DNA of 58,565 nucleotides from a virus. Taxonomy: Duplodnaviria; Caudoviricetes. The notes under the pieces are model-generated. The model was not told the origin of the DNA. It ran no database searches and was given only the letters and a program-made list of their open reading frames with translations. Positions 29,044-38,095 of this stretch are shown here, one piece after another. Made by a program: the position numbers and the translations under genes. Location: positions 1 to 58,565 of IMG/VR virus record IMGVR_UViG_3300036861_000141. One strand, 5' to 3'. Each line of letters begins with the position of its first letter. The first letter of the stretch is position 1.

Positions 29044-29791
29044 GGATGCCCACCGCGTCTTTATGGGCTTTGACGCTAATGAGATGACCTCGTGTCTCGT
29101 CGCTGAGTATTCGTTGTATCGGCACTCAAGTCCGTCAATGGTGGACGTCAAGCGCATCTCTCGGCTGACGCTGCTGAAGGACTACAACCGGCCGACGACG
29201 ATGCTGCCGAATGGGCAATTATTTGATGAGATCTCGGATGCGCCGATGAGCACGGCTCACGCTATCGCGAGGTTTCATGTGCCTCGCCTCTGTGAGTACT
29301 CAGGATGGGCGCTGTTCACTGATTCGGACGTGATCTTTAGAGAAGACATCGCCAACCTCTTTGCGTTGGCAGATCCGCAATACGCAGTGATGTGCGTGCA
29401 GCATCCGCCGTTACTTAAGCAGGGCAACAAGAAGGACGGGCATATCCAGCAGGCGTATCCGCGCAAGAACTGGTCAAGCGTGATGTTGTTTAACTGCGGC
29501 CATTCGTCGAATCAAGCCTTGACTCTGGACGTACTTAACGCTTGGCCAGGGCGCGATCTGCATGCGTTCAGGTGGCTACAGGATCACGAGATTGGTGCTC
29601 TGCCGGCGCGCTTTAACTGGCTTGTTGGAGTCTCAGCACCAGATCCCAATCCAGCTATTGCCCATTTCACTCTAGGCACGCCTGACGTCTCAGGACATGA
29701 GAACGACCCATTTGCGGCCGAGTGGTTCTCGTGCGCACGGGTGGCTGGCTTCCATGATCTCGCGGCGGCGTTTCACACGGAGATTGGGTGA
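29027..29791 (+). CDS. GT8-like (GT-A) glycosyltransferase
   Basis: ALFTDSDVIF (DxD), YPRKNWSSVMLFN, FNWL, HFTLGTP. Confidence 0.85.
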   Translation: MFKRSKDAHRVFMGFDANEMTSCLVAEYSLYRHSSPSMVDVKRISRLTLLKDYNRPTTMLPNGQLFDEISDAPMSTAHAIARFHVPRLCEYSGWALFTDSDVIFREDIANLFALADPQYAVMCVQHPPLLKQGNKKDGHIQQAYPRKNWSSVMLFNCGHSSNQALTLDVLNAWPGRDLHAFRWLQDHEIGALPARFNWLVGVSAPDPNPAIAHFTLGTPDVSGHENDPFAAEWFSCARVAGFHDLAAAFHTEIG

Positions 29792-30085
29792 GTGGTTATC
29801 AACCTCCGTCGCTATCGCCGGAAGCGAGCAGACGCCACTGGCCGAGTGTGGTCTGTTGGCAGCTACCGACGAGACAGGGTTGGGGCGCGACGGTACCGCT
29901 GTTTTCTTAACGGTGTTGACGTGACCGATCACACGTTCTATGTGGATTCTCGACGCGGCGTCGTGCGGATGTTTAAGGTCAACGCAGAAGGCCACCATTA
30001 CGTTGATCCCAGAACCGACTATGAGGCTGCGTGGGAAGAACGTCGAGGCAAGGTCAAGTTGATTCGCAAACGTGAGGCGGCGTGA
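29792..30085 (+). CDS. Basic hypothetical protein
   Basis: Closely packed ORF inside the glycosyltransferase cassette. Confidence 0.45.
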   Translation: MVINLRRYRRKRADATGRVWSVGSYRRDRVGARRYRCFLNGVDVTDHTFYVDSRRGVVRMFKVNAEGHHYVDPRTDYEAAWEERRGKVKLIRKREAA

Positions 30086-30879
30086 TCGTGGGCTTTGGTG
30101 ATGAATTGGTAGCGGCTGGACAAGCACAAAGACTCTTTGAGGAGTTTGGCCAACGTGTGCTCATTCTCGACACGAATCATCGGCCGCGGTGGCATGCGAT
30201 ATGGGAAGGCAATCCGGTGATTGTCAATCCGATGGATCAGTTAGACGGCCAGGCCTATCAGCGGTTAGTGAGTGCGCCAAATGCACGGCCCTACATCGTG
30301 TATCCGTTTACGCAGGAGACAGGCTGGACGTTTAACAAAGCGTTCCACTGCAGAGACTACAAGGCGCGGCTGTATCTCACGGAAGAGGAATTGTCGAAGG
30401 GCCGCGAGGCACGCGAGCGATACGGACCGTACGTCCTGATCGAGCCGTTTACGAAGCACGAGAACTTCCGGTGGCCGATTGAGCGGTGGTCTACGCTGGT
30501 CAGCTCCTGTAAAGAGCTGACATTTGTGCAGCACACCCATCTGGAATCTGAGTTTGTCGATGGGGCGAGTTTGGAGTCAGCGACATTCCGTGAGGCCTGC
30601 GGACTCATCGCGAGTGCCAGTGCTTATGTGCGGTCAGAGAGCGGGCTGTGCCATGCCGCGGCGGCGATTGGAATCCCGCAAGTCACGTTGTTTGGCGGGT
30701 GCATGGACGCCGAGGTTATGGGCGGCTACGACAAGCAGATCTGCATCGTGGATGAGGATGCGCTGACGCCGTGTGGGCGCTGGCATCGGTGTGAACACTG
30801 CCTGAAGGCGATGGATCGGATCACTGTGAGCCAGGTGCGTGACGCGCTGTATCAGGCGCTGGGCGAGACGGTGCATTGA
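30082..30879 (+). CDS. GT9 (heptosyltransferase-like) glycosyltransferase
   Basis: GFGDEL...RWP.ERW...TFREACGLI..A..YV.SESGLCHAAAAIGIP.VTLFG. Confidence 0.85.
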   Translation: MIVGFGDELVAAGQAQRLFEEFGQRVLILDTNHRPRWHAIWEGNPVIVNPMDQLDGQAYQRLVSAPNARPYIVYPFTQETGWTFNKAFHCRDYKARLYLTEEELSKGREARERYGPYVLIEPFTKHENFRWPIERWSTLVSSCKELTFVQHTHLESEFVDGASLESATFREACGLIASASAYVRSESGLCHAAAAIGIPQVTLFGGCMDAEVMGGYDKQICIVDEDALTPCGRWHRCEHCLKAMDRITVSQVRDALYQALGETVH

Positions 30880-31394
30880 TGACGCTTATCAGCTTAGCCC
30901 AGGCGAAGCAGCACCTCAGAGTCACCTCCGACGATGAGAATGCGGACATCTGGAGCAAGGCCCAATTAGCCAGCGACATCATCGTGGCCTATCTCAAGGG
31001 GCGTCCAATTGCCGTCTCGACGCTGACGAATAGCGGAGGCCTGGCTACGGTGACTGCGGCCACGGTTCACGGCTTGACGACTGGTGACACGGTGTTCATC
31101 CGAGGGGCGGTGCAGCCGGAATACAACGGTGAAGTAGTGGTGACAGTGACGGGTACCAATACCTTCACGTATCCGATTGCTGGGACGCCTGTTACGGCCA
31201 CTGGCATCATGTGGATTCGAGCGGCAGCGACGTGGACCGAGACGACGGTGCCGTCCAATGTCAAAGCTGCGATTCTGGTTATGCTCACGCATTACTACGA
31301 GCACCGCGGCGATGACATGGATAAGTACGACGAGTCCGCGTGGCAGGCCGTTCGGAACCTGCTCGTTGGATTCAGGGATCCGGCGTTGGCGTGA
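30876..31394 (+). CDS. Head-tail connector (gp6-like) with an inserted small beta-barrel domain
   Basis: LISL.QAKQHLRV..DDE...VP.NVKAAIL.ML.HYYEHR; insert HGLTTGDTVFI.GA...YNG...VTV...NTFTY. Confidence 0.88.
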   Translation: MMTLISLAQAKQHLRVTSDDENADIWSKAQLASDIIVAYLKGRPIAVSTLTNSGGLATVTAATVHGLTTGDTVFIRGAVQPEYNGEVVVTVTGTNTFTYPIAGTPVTATGIMWIRAAATWTETTVPSNVKAAILVMLTHYYEHRGDDMDKYDESAWQAVRNLLVGFRDPALA

Positions 31395-31750
31395 TGGCAA
31401 CGCGAGGGCAGAAACGGCACCGGCTGACACTGGAGAATCCCGGCGCGAAGGTGCCGGATGGGGATGGGGGATTTACGCAGACGTGGGCAGCACTCTCACC
31501 GCCGATGGTCTATGCAGAGATTAAGCCAGCGACGGCGCGAGACCTCGAGCGGGTCGTGTCGAACGTCGTGCAGTCCACGGCGAGTCATATCGTGACGTGC
31601 GATTACCACAGTGGGATCACGTCCCAGACGCGGGTGAGTTGGACCGGGCCGAGAGATGGCCGGGCGCATGTGGGTGTGGTGACAGGCGTGCAAGATCCAG
31701 AGGAGCGCAACGTTGAATTAGTGCTGGCAGTGGAAGAGGTTGTTACATGA
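31394..31750 (+). CDS. Head closure / head-tail adaptor
   Basis: G.KRHRLTLE....DGDGG..QTW......YAEIKP; synteny. Confidence 0.85.
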   Translation: MATRGQKRHRLTLENPGAKVPDGDGGFTQTWAALSPPMVYAEIKPATARDLERVVSNVVQSTASHIVTCDYHSGITSQTRVSWTGPRDGRAHVGVVTGVQDPEERNVELVLAVEEVVT

Positions 31751-31752
31751 AG

Positions 31753-32352
31753 TTAACCGACATGTTTCCAAATCTTTCCAGAGAGCACGTTGGCAACTGT
31801 CGTGCGGCTAACGTTGAAGTTGCGTCCGATCTTGGTCTTGGTGAGTCCGGCCATGGAAAGGGCGCGTATTTGCGTGACGTCGCGTTCACTGAGTTTGTGG
31901 TTGTGGTGCTCCACGCCTCTCTTAATGCTCTCCGGGTGCTTGTGTGTCCCGTGATTAGAGCCACGGATAGAGCGGCCTTTGTGAACCATGTCGCGGGAAT
32001 TGTCCGCATGGGTTCCGAGAAACAAATGATCAGGCCGAACACATCGGCGGTTGTCGCACTTGTGGGCGACTATCAACCCATCTGGGATTGGCCCGTATGT
32101 CAATTCATAGGCAATGCGATGAGCACCATGCGGTCGTCGCCCTATCGAGTACTGACCATACCCGTTGGAGAACGGACCAGCCGCCCATATCCAGCACGTA
32201 TCCGTTTGTCTGACTTTGCTCCAGAACCTATTTGGCGATTCGCTCCTGGCTTTGTTGTGGCATTTATGCGAGCAGTAGCGGCGCTTAGTGCCCTTGTTAG
32301 GTCGTATCTGTCCGCAATATGCACAAGTCCTGACAAGCGGTTTTATTGGCAT
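31753..32352 (-). CDS. HNH homing endonuclease with C-terminal HTH, inserted antisense
   Basis: RFWSKV...CWIW......GYG...AHRIAYEL..GPIP.GL.V.HKCDNRRCVRPDHLFLGT..DN..DM..KGR. Confidence 0.92.
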   Translation of the reverse strand: MPIKPLVRTCAYCGQIRPNKGTKRRYCSHKCHNKARSESPNRFWSKVRQTDTCWIWAAGPFSNGYGQYSIGRRPHGAHRIAYELTYGPIPDGLIVAHKCDNRRCVRPDHLFLGTHADNSRDMVHKGRSIRGSNHGTHKHPESIKRGVEHHNHKLSERDVTQIRALSMAGLTKTKIGRNFNVSRTTVANVLSGKIWKHVG

Positions 32353-32405
32353 AACTACGCACATTGTAGCACTACTGTGCTGGCTGTTGAGGATGTCGTC
32401 AGCTA

Positions 32406-32822
32406 ATGGCTGGTGGCGTGCGCCTGGAGGGCATGGCTGAACTCATACGCGAGTTGACGAACGCGCCCAAAGACATTCGTGAGGGCGGGTTGGCCATCGT
32501 GCGTGAAGAAGTGGAAGGCGCAGCGGAGGAGATGAGGAATGCGTACCCGGGTGGCTTAAAGCGCACCGTCAAGGTGGACTTCCCGAGTAGCACGTTGCTT
32601 ATCGGCACTGTCAAGAACACGTCACCGCATAGCCATCTGTACGAGTTCGGCACGCAACAACGGCAGACGGCGAGTGGCGCGAGTCGCGGTGTCATGCACG
32701 GTCGGACTGGCGGCGGCGGAAGGCCAATCACCGTTCCGATAGCGAAACGACGGCGGCGACAGATGTTCGAGCGGCTGAAGCAGATGTTGAAGGACAAGGG
32801 CTTTGAGGTGACTGGTGGCTGA
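32406..32822 (+). CDS. HK97 gp10-like neck protein
   Basis: V.LEGM.EL...L...PHSHLYEFGT. Confidence 0.8.
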   Translation: MAGGVRLEGMAELIRELTNAPKDIREGGLAIVREEVEGAAEEMRNAYPGGLKRTVKVDFPSSTLLIGTVKNTSPHSHLYEFGTQQRQTASGASRGVMHGRTGGGGRPITVPIAKRRRRQMFERLKQMLKDKGFEVTGG

Positions 32823-33246
32823 CTCTTCCGCCATCTATGCGGCGCTGTCAGCCAAGTTGACAACTGACGTCACTCTGATGGCGTTGACGACTGATGGTGC
32901 GTATCGGGACATCGCTCCTGCTGGCACTACGAAAGTCATCATCATATCGAAACAGGCCGATAGCCGAGTCTACGTGCAGGATCGGCAAATGGCCTATGAG
33001 GCCTTCAGCTATTTGGTTAAGGCCGTTGTGAAGGCGACAAGTGGCACAGTGGCGAGTCAGGCAGCATCACGGATTCGTGCGCTCTTGCACAACGCTCAAT
33101 TAGTTGTCGCTGGCTACGGGTTGATGAGTTGCCATCTGTCTGAGGATGAAGGCGCGATTGAATACCAAGAATCGGATCCCGATGACACCGATGCACGGTG
33201 GCAGCATCGCGGATGGATCTTCGATGTGATAGTGAGTCCAGTGTAA
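32815..33246 (+). CDS. Tail terminator / completion protein
   Basis: AIYAAL.AKL..D..L..L...RIRALLH; synteny. Confidence 0.7.
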   Translation: MADSSAIYAALSAKLTTDVTLMALTTDGAYRDIAPAGTTKVIIISKQADSRVYVQDRQMAYEAFSYLVKAVVKATSGTVASQAASRIRALLHNAQLVVAGYGLMSCHLSEDEGAIEYQESDPDDTDARWQHRGWIFDVIVSPV

Positions 33247-33250
33247 CGAG

Positions 33251-33404
33251 GTCGTAGCCGAACGTGGGATGCGCTGATCACGCATCCGACACCTGCCGTC
33301 TCGAGCAGCGTTCGGTTGACAACGGGAACAAGGCGCGACGAGGGCGACTTGCTCATCTACCGAGGAGGTAGGGAGTAGGCCGCCCTTTTTGTTTTGTTTC
33401 CGTT
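33251..33404 (+). ncRNA. Structured intergenic RNA (three-way junction plus terminator-like hairpin) upstream of the tail tube gene
   Basis: AGCCGAACG/CGUUCGGUU encloses GGAUGCG/CGCAUCC and CUGC/GCAG; then AGGGCG...CGCCCU followed by a U-rich tract. Confidence 0.5.
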
Positions 33405-33433
33405 CTTTTGGCTCTGTTGAGGAGGGTAGGTCA

Positions 33434-33844
33434 ATGCCAGCAGGAAGAATCCACGGAAGAAACGGTCAGATGTGGCGAGGTGACGCCACTTCGCCAGTTG
33501 CTCACACGGTGCAAAACGACATCAAGTCCTGGACGCTCAATCTAGGCAAGGACAAGGTGGATGTCACTGCGTTCGGTGATACGAACAAGCAGAAGGTGTT
33601 GGGCTTGCCTGATTTCACCGGCACGTTCAGCGGCTTTTGGAATACCGCGTCCTCGCCGGATTTGTTCGACATCATCTTGGGCAGCACGCCAGTCACGTTG
33701 AAGCTCGTCCCAAATTTGAACGATCCCACGTACTACTTCCAGGGCCTGGCGTATCTGGATGGGAGCGTGAATTGCGATTCGCAGGGCGCAGTGACGATTG
33801 ACGGCACGTTCGACGCTGCAGGTAATTGGCTGATCAACCCGTGA
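33434..33844 (+). CDS. Major tail tube protein
   Basis: WTLNLGKDKVDVTAFGD..K..V.GLPDFTGTFSGFW; GGAGG RBS; synteny. Confidence 0.8.
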   Translation: MPAGRIHGRNGQMWRGDATSPVAHTVQNDIKSWTLNLGKDKVDVTAFGDTNKQKVLGLPDFTGTFSGFWNTASSPDLFDIILGSTPVTLKLVPNLNDPTYYFQGLAYLDGSVNCDSQGAVTIDGTFDAAGNWLINP

Positions 33845-33858
33845 TGGGTAACACGTAA

Positions 33859-34116
33859 ATGCTCAAGGGCGTCAACGGCCAGATCAAGTGGTCCTATCAC
33901 GTGGCTGCAGAACTCAATGGTTACACCGTCTCGCGCACGCCAGAGAAGACCTGGTCGATGCGCGGGACGGTGAAACAGGCCGATGCGTTTCGGCTTGGGC
34001 AGCGTCCGTTGATGTTCATAGCGCCACACAAGGGCGGAGAGTGGCGCTGGCCGATTGAGTCGATCACGTACGAGGGGAACACGGTGAGCGCCAGTCTTGG
34101 GCCACCGTTGGAATAG
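33859..34116 (+). CDS. Small tail-associated protein
   Basis: Beta-rich; lies between the tube and chaperone genes. Confidence 0.55.
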   Translation: MLKGVNGQIKWSYHVAAELNGYTVSRTPEKTWSMRGTVKQADAFRLGQRPLMFIAPHKGGEWRWPIESITYEGNTVSASLGPPLE

Positions 34117-34124
34117 GGAGACAT

Positions 34125-34639
34125 ATGGGGAAATGTCGTTTTGTGCAGCCTGAGACGGTTCGGTTGCCGTTATCAGAAGGCGATTGGGTCGAAATCAAGA
34201 AACGGCTGAACGTCGGCGAGCAGCGCCGGGCGATGGCGCAAGTGGTGAAAGAGATTCGCACCACTGCCGGCGATAGCCGTGTGACGCCAGACCTCGAAAT
34301 GATGGGCAAGGCGGAACTACTGCAATACATCGTTGACTGGTCGCTCAAGGACGCGAACGACAAGCCGGTGCCGTTTTCGCAGGCGGCGCTCGATGCGCTC
34401 GATCCAGACAGTTACAAGGAGATCGAGGATGCCGTAGACGCGCACAAAGCGGTGATGGAGGCCGCGCGGGCCGAGGGAAAAAAACCGATAGATGGCGCGA
34501 CCAAATTAGGAGTGATCTCGCCATCTGCCGCGTGATGCGCTGGACCATCCCAGAGTTGTTGGAGCTCGATCCTGAGTACTACGACGTGCTGGTGGAGATT
34601 CTGGAAGAAGAAGCCAAACGGGAACCGAGCAATGGCTAG
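34125..34639 (+). CDS. Tail assembly chaperone G (to 34535) and G-T via -1 frameshift (to 34639)
   Basis: Slippery G GGA AAA at 34475-34481; -1 frame open (KTDRWRDQIRSDLAICRVMRWTIPELLELDPEYYDVLVEIL...) to TAG at 34637-34639; directly upstream of the TMP. Confidence 0.85.
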
Positions 34640-34875
34640 GACGGTTTCGTTGCCATCGCGTCGTTGTATTCACGGGCGGCGCGTTTATACGAAGGCTCTG
34701 GCGCTGGATGTTGTTCACGATAGTGCTGGTGTGCCTGAGTGATACGAGCGATGACACCGAGCAAGCAGGAGAAGCCAACGACGGCAACGCCGAACGTGGC
34801 TTCAGAACTCGCAACGATACCGAAGAGGCCAATGAAGCACGCGACGGCAGCTAAAGCAATGGTAATACATCACAT
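34636..34875 (-). pseudogene. Two-TM membrane moron with TGA at codon 2
   Basis: Reads M*CITIALAAVACFIGLFGIVASSEATFGVAVVGFSCLLGVIARITQ...TKPS; absent from the ORF track. Confidence 0.5.
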
Positions 34876-34923
34876 GATACGGCCAGCGGTAACGGTTGGA
34901 TAGGCGCAGAAAAAGCGAACCAG

Positions 34924-37900
34924 ATGGTCTCCGCGACATTCGCCGCTGATTTCACTCGATTTAACGACGCCGTGCAAAAGGCAGAAGTACGTCTTAAAGA
35001 CTTCTCGTCTGGGATCGTGCGCGTAGATAAGGACTTGGCCAAGTTCGGGAACCAGTTCTCCGGCACCAAGCTGATTCAGGACGCCACGTTGATGGCGAAG
35101 GCCATAGAAGGCATCGGAGGCGTATCCAAACTCACGGCAGCAGAGCAACTGCGCGTCAACAGTGCTGTTGTTGATGCGATAGCCAAGTACAAGGCACTCG
35201 GTCAGCAGGCTCCTGCGTCATTGCTTGAACTTGAGGCCGCTACTCGCAAGGTCTTGACTGGGACAGACAAGATGGCGGCCGGAATGGCTGCGATGGGAGT
35301 CGCTGGCAAAAAGGCGTTTGAGGAACTTCAGGCATCGGACAAACTCGTCGCAGGCATGAGTGCGGCTGGTGGTGAGGCGAAGAAACTGGCCGACAACATC
35401 ACGCCGATCCCCGAAAAGTTATCGCTATCAGGGAAAGCCGCGAACCTGGCCAAGACATCATTTGCGCAGATGTTCGGTGCATTCACTGCTGCCAATCTGG
35501 TCACAAGCGCTGTGACTGGTCTTGTTAATTTAGGCAAGGAGGCATTTGCGAGCGCGAGCCGGACGGCAGATCTGAGCGCGAAGTTGGGGATTGGCACTGA
35601 AGCGATTCAGCGGATGGAGTTTGTCGCCAAGCAGACGGGCGGCACGGTGGAACAGTTTGCGTCGGCGGCGTTCAAGCTCGGCGTGAGGCTGTCTGGGAAC
35701 AGCGATAGCGTCGAGCACGCCGTGGGCGCACTCGGGCTGAAGTTTGAGGAGCTGAAGCGCGCAAAACCGGAACAGCAATTCGAGCAAGTCGTGGGCGCGC
35801 TCGGGAAAATGCAGGACGCCACGAAGCGGAATGAACTTGGCGTGTTGTTGTTCGGGAAATCCTTTGAGTCCATCGCGGCTGGTGTGGCAGCGAATTACGA
35901 CAAGGTGGCTGGTCGGGCCGCTATCACTAGCGATAGACAGATCCAGGCCCTAGACCGGGCTGGTGACGCGTGGGACCGATTCAAAGATCGGCAACACAAG
36001 AATGTGCGCGGCATCCTTGGAAATCTCACTGAACTAGTAGAGCGGCGCGGGGCGTTGATGGGGTTCATCGATCTCGTGAGCCCATTCGGGCCAGGCCTGT
36101 CTGAGTCGGCGCGGCTGAGGCAGGGCACTGAAGATGCGAAACCCAAGTCTCAGTCCACCAATACCACCGCTGGTGGCACGGTGGCGCAGGCCGACTTCGT
36201 GGCCCAGCTCCAGAAGGCCGAAGCCGCGATGAAGGCGCTGACAAAAGAGCAGCGCGACCAAATCGACGCGGCCCAAAAGCTCGGCGGGGATGCGCTGGAG
36301 CAGCTGATCGATAAGTACGGACTCTCAGAAGAAGCCGTACGGCTTTATACCGGAGAAGTCAAAACTGCGACGAAGGCTCAGAGCGATTTTGCCAAAACGG
36401 CCGATGTGTTATTCGGCCGTGACGTCATCGCACGGGCCAATGACTATGCCAAGGCGATTGGCAGCGTGTCGAACGTCTCGCGCCTGTCCAAAGACAAACA
36501 GGTCGAAGTCAATCGCACTGTTGTCGAAGCCATCGAAACGTATCAGCGGCTTGGCCAGACAGCGCCCAAGTCGCTCCGCGATCTCGCAGATGCCACGTTC
36601 AAGGTCAATGTCCGCACGGTGGATTTCGGCCTCGCCATGCGCGCATTGCCACCGAGCATTACCAGCGCGAACACCTCAGAGGCAGAGTGGATTGGCTGGT
36701 TACAGAAGTCGCGAGACATCACCCAACACGCCACGCTGGAACTAAATAAGTATGAAAACGCGCTGTATCGGTTGCCTGGCGCCATTAGTAATCAGCGCAT
36801 CTCAGAGTCAGTGACGAAGACGAAGGGCTATCTCCAGTCGTTGGCCGACTCGATGACATCGCTCTGGGACGGTATCTCTGGAGGCAAGGGCGCCTCTGGT
36901 GTGTTTGAGAACCTTGGGGCTGGGATTATTGAAGGCTTCGGCCATCTCGTATCTGGCGGTATCACATCACTCATAAATAAGGGCATTGAGCTGGCGTGGG
37001 CAGGGCTGAAGAAACTCGGCGGACTCATTAAGGGCTTATTCGGTGGTCCGTCTCAGAAAGAGCTTGAGGGCCGGGCCGTTGTCAAGCAGTTTGAGGATCA
37101 ACTCATTGCCAGCCTGACGGCCACGCAACTGCTCACCGCTGGTACAGAGCGATGGGAAAAGGTTGTTCTGGCCGTGCAGGATGCCTATCTCGCCACTGGC
37201 CGATCGGCGGAAGACGCTGGCCGTGATGTCAAGGCGCTCTGGGATTCCTCCAAGAAGGGCGCTGAGGCCGCAAAGGCCGCGGCCGAACAAATTAATGCGG
37301 TCCTCGAGGAACAGCACGCCGATCAGGAACGTTTGACCGCGGCGATTCAGAAGTACGGCTTCACCATCGAACAACTCGGGCCGGCCTTCCGCAGCCAGCA
37401 ACTGAATGAACAGGCGAAAGACCTGATCGAAGACTGGCGCGTACTGGTCAACTCCGGCATAAACCTGACGCTCGTCAACGAGAAGATGGCCGAGTCGATC
37501 AACACCTACCTCACGACGGCGATCAAGACCGGCACGGAGGTGCCGAACGCGTTCAAGCCGATCCTGCAAACGTTGATCGATCAGGGATTACTCCTTGATG
37601 AGAACGGAACCGCCATCACCGATTTAGGCAAGTCTGGTGTGACCTTCGCGGAGACGATGACGCAAGGGTTTGATCGCGTGGTGCTGAAACTAGAAGAACT
37701 GATTAAGAAACTCCAAGGCACTGGAACGGCGATCGACAACATCCCAGGGATCAACATCCCTGTCACGATTCCAGATTTTGAAACAGCGCTTCGCGAGCGT
37801 CTGTCAAAAGTCAGTTTATGGGATCGGATTACCGGTAATGCCGGTGCCATTCCAATGGCTGGTGGTGGGTCTGGCACGGTCACGAGTCCCACGCTGTTCA

Positions 37901-38073
37901 TGGCTGGTGAATCTGGGCCCGAGCAGTTCGCATTCTCTGGGGCGAACAAATCATTTAGTGGAGGAGCCGTGCCGATCACGGTGGTGTTAGAGCTCGATGG
38001 TCGGGTCTTAGGGCGCGCGACGGCGGAATACCTGCCGGGCGCATTGGCAACGATGGGTGTACGCGTCGCGTAG
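34924..38073 (+). CDS. Tape measure protein
   Basis: 1049 aa, Ala-rich and helical; N-terminal ATFAADFT.F; C-terminal MAGGG...PTLFMAGESGPE...LDGR; follows the chaperone. Confidence 0.93.
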   Translation: MVSATFAADFTRFNDAVQKAEVRLKDFSSGIVRVDKDLAKFGNQFSGTKLIQDATLMAKAIEGIGGVSKLTAAEQLRVNSAVVDAIAKYKALGQQAPASLLELEAATRKVLTGTDKMAAGMAAMGVAGKKAFEELQASDKLVAGMSAAGGEAKKLADNITPIPEKLSLSGKAANLAKTSFAQMFGAFTAANLVTSAVTGLVNLGKEAFASASRTADLSAKLGIGTEAIQRMEFVAKQTGGTVEQFASAAFKLGVRLSGNSDSVEHAVGALGLKFEELKRAKPEQQFEQVVGALGKMQDATKRNELGVLLFGKSFESIAAGVAANYDKVAGRAAITSDRQIQALDRAGDAWDRFKDRQHKNVRGILGNLTELVERRGALMGFIDLVSPFGPGLSESARLRQGTEDAKPKSQSTNTTAGGTVAQADFVAQLQKAEAAMKALTKEQRDQIDAAQKLGGDALEQLIDKYGLSEEAVRLYTGEVKTATKAQSDFAKTADVLFGRDVIARANDYAKAIGSVSNVSRLSKDKQVEVNRTVVEAIETYQRLGQTAPKSLRDLADATFKVNVRTVDFGLAMRALPPSITSANTSEAEWIGWLQKSRDITQHATLELNKYENALYRLPGAISNQRISESVTKTKGYLQSLADSMTSLWDGISGGKGASGVFENLGAGIIEGFGHLVSGGITSLINKGIELAWAGLKKLGGLIKGLFGGPSQKELEGRAVVKQFEDQLIASLTATQLLTAGTERWEKVVLAVQDAYLATGRSAEDAGRDVKALWDSSKKGAEAAKAAAEQINAVLEEQHADQERLTAAIQKYGFTIEQLGPAFRSQQLNEQAKDLIEDWRVLVNSGINLTLVNEKMAESINTYLTTAIKTGTEVPNAFKPILQTLIDQGLLLDENGTAITDLGKSGVTFAETMTQGFDRVVLKLEELIKKLQGTGTAIDNIPGINIPVTIPDFETALRERLSKVSLWDRITGNAGAIPMAGGGSGTVTSPTLFMAGESGPEQFAFSGANKSFSGGAVPITVVLELDGRVLGRATAEYLPGALATMGVRVA

Positions 38074-38095
38074 CAACGCAGAAGGAGCAGGACAA

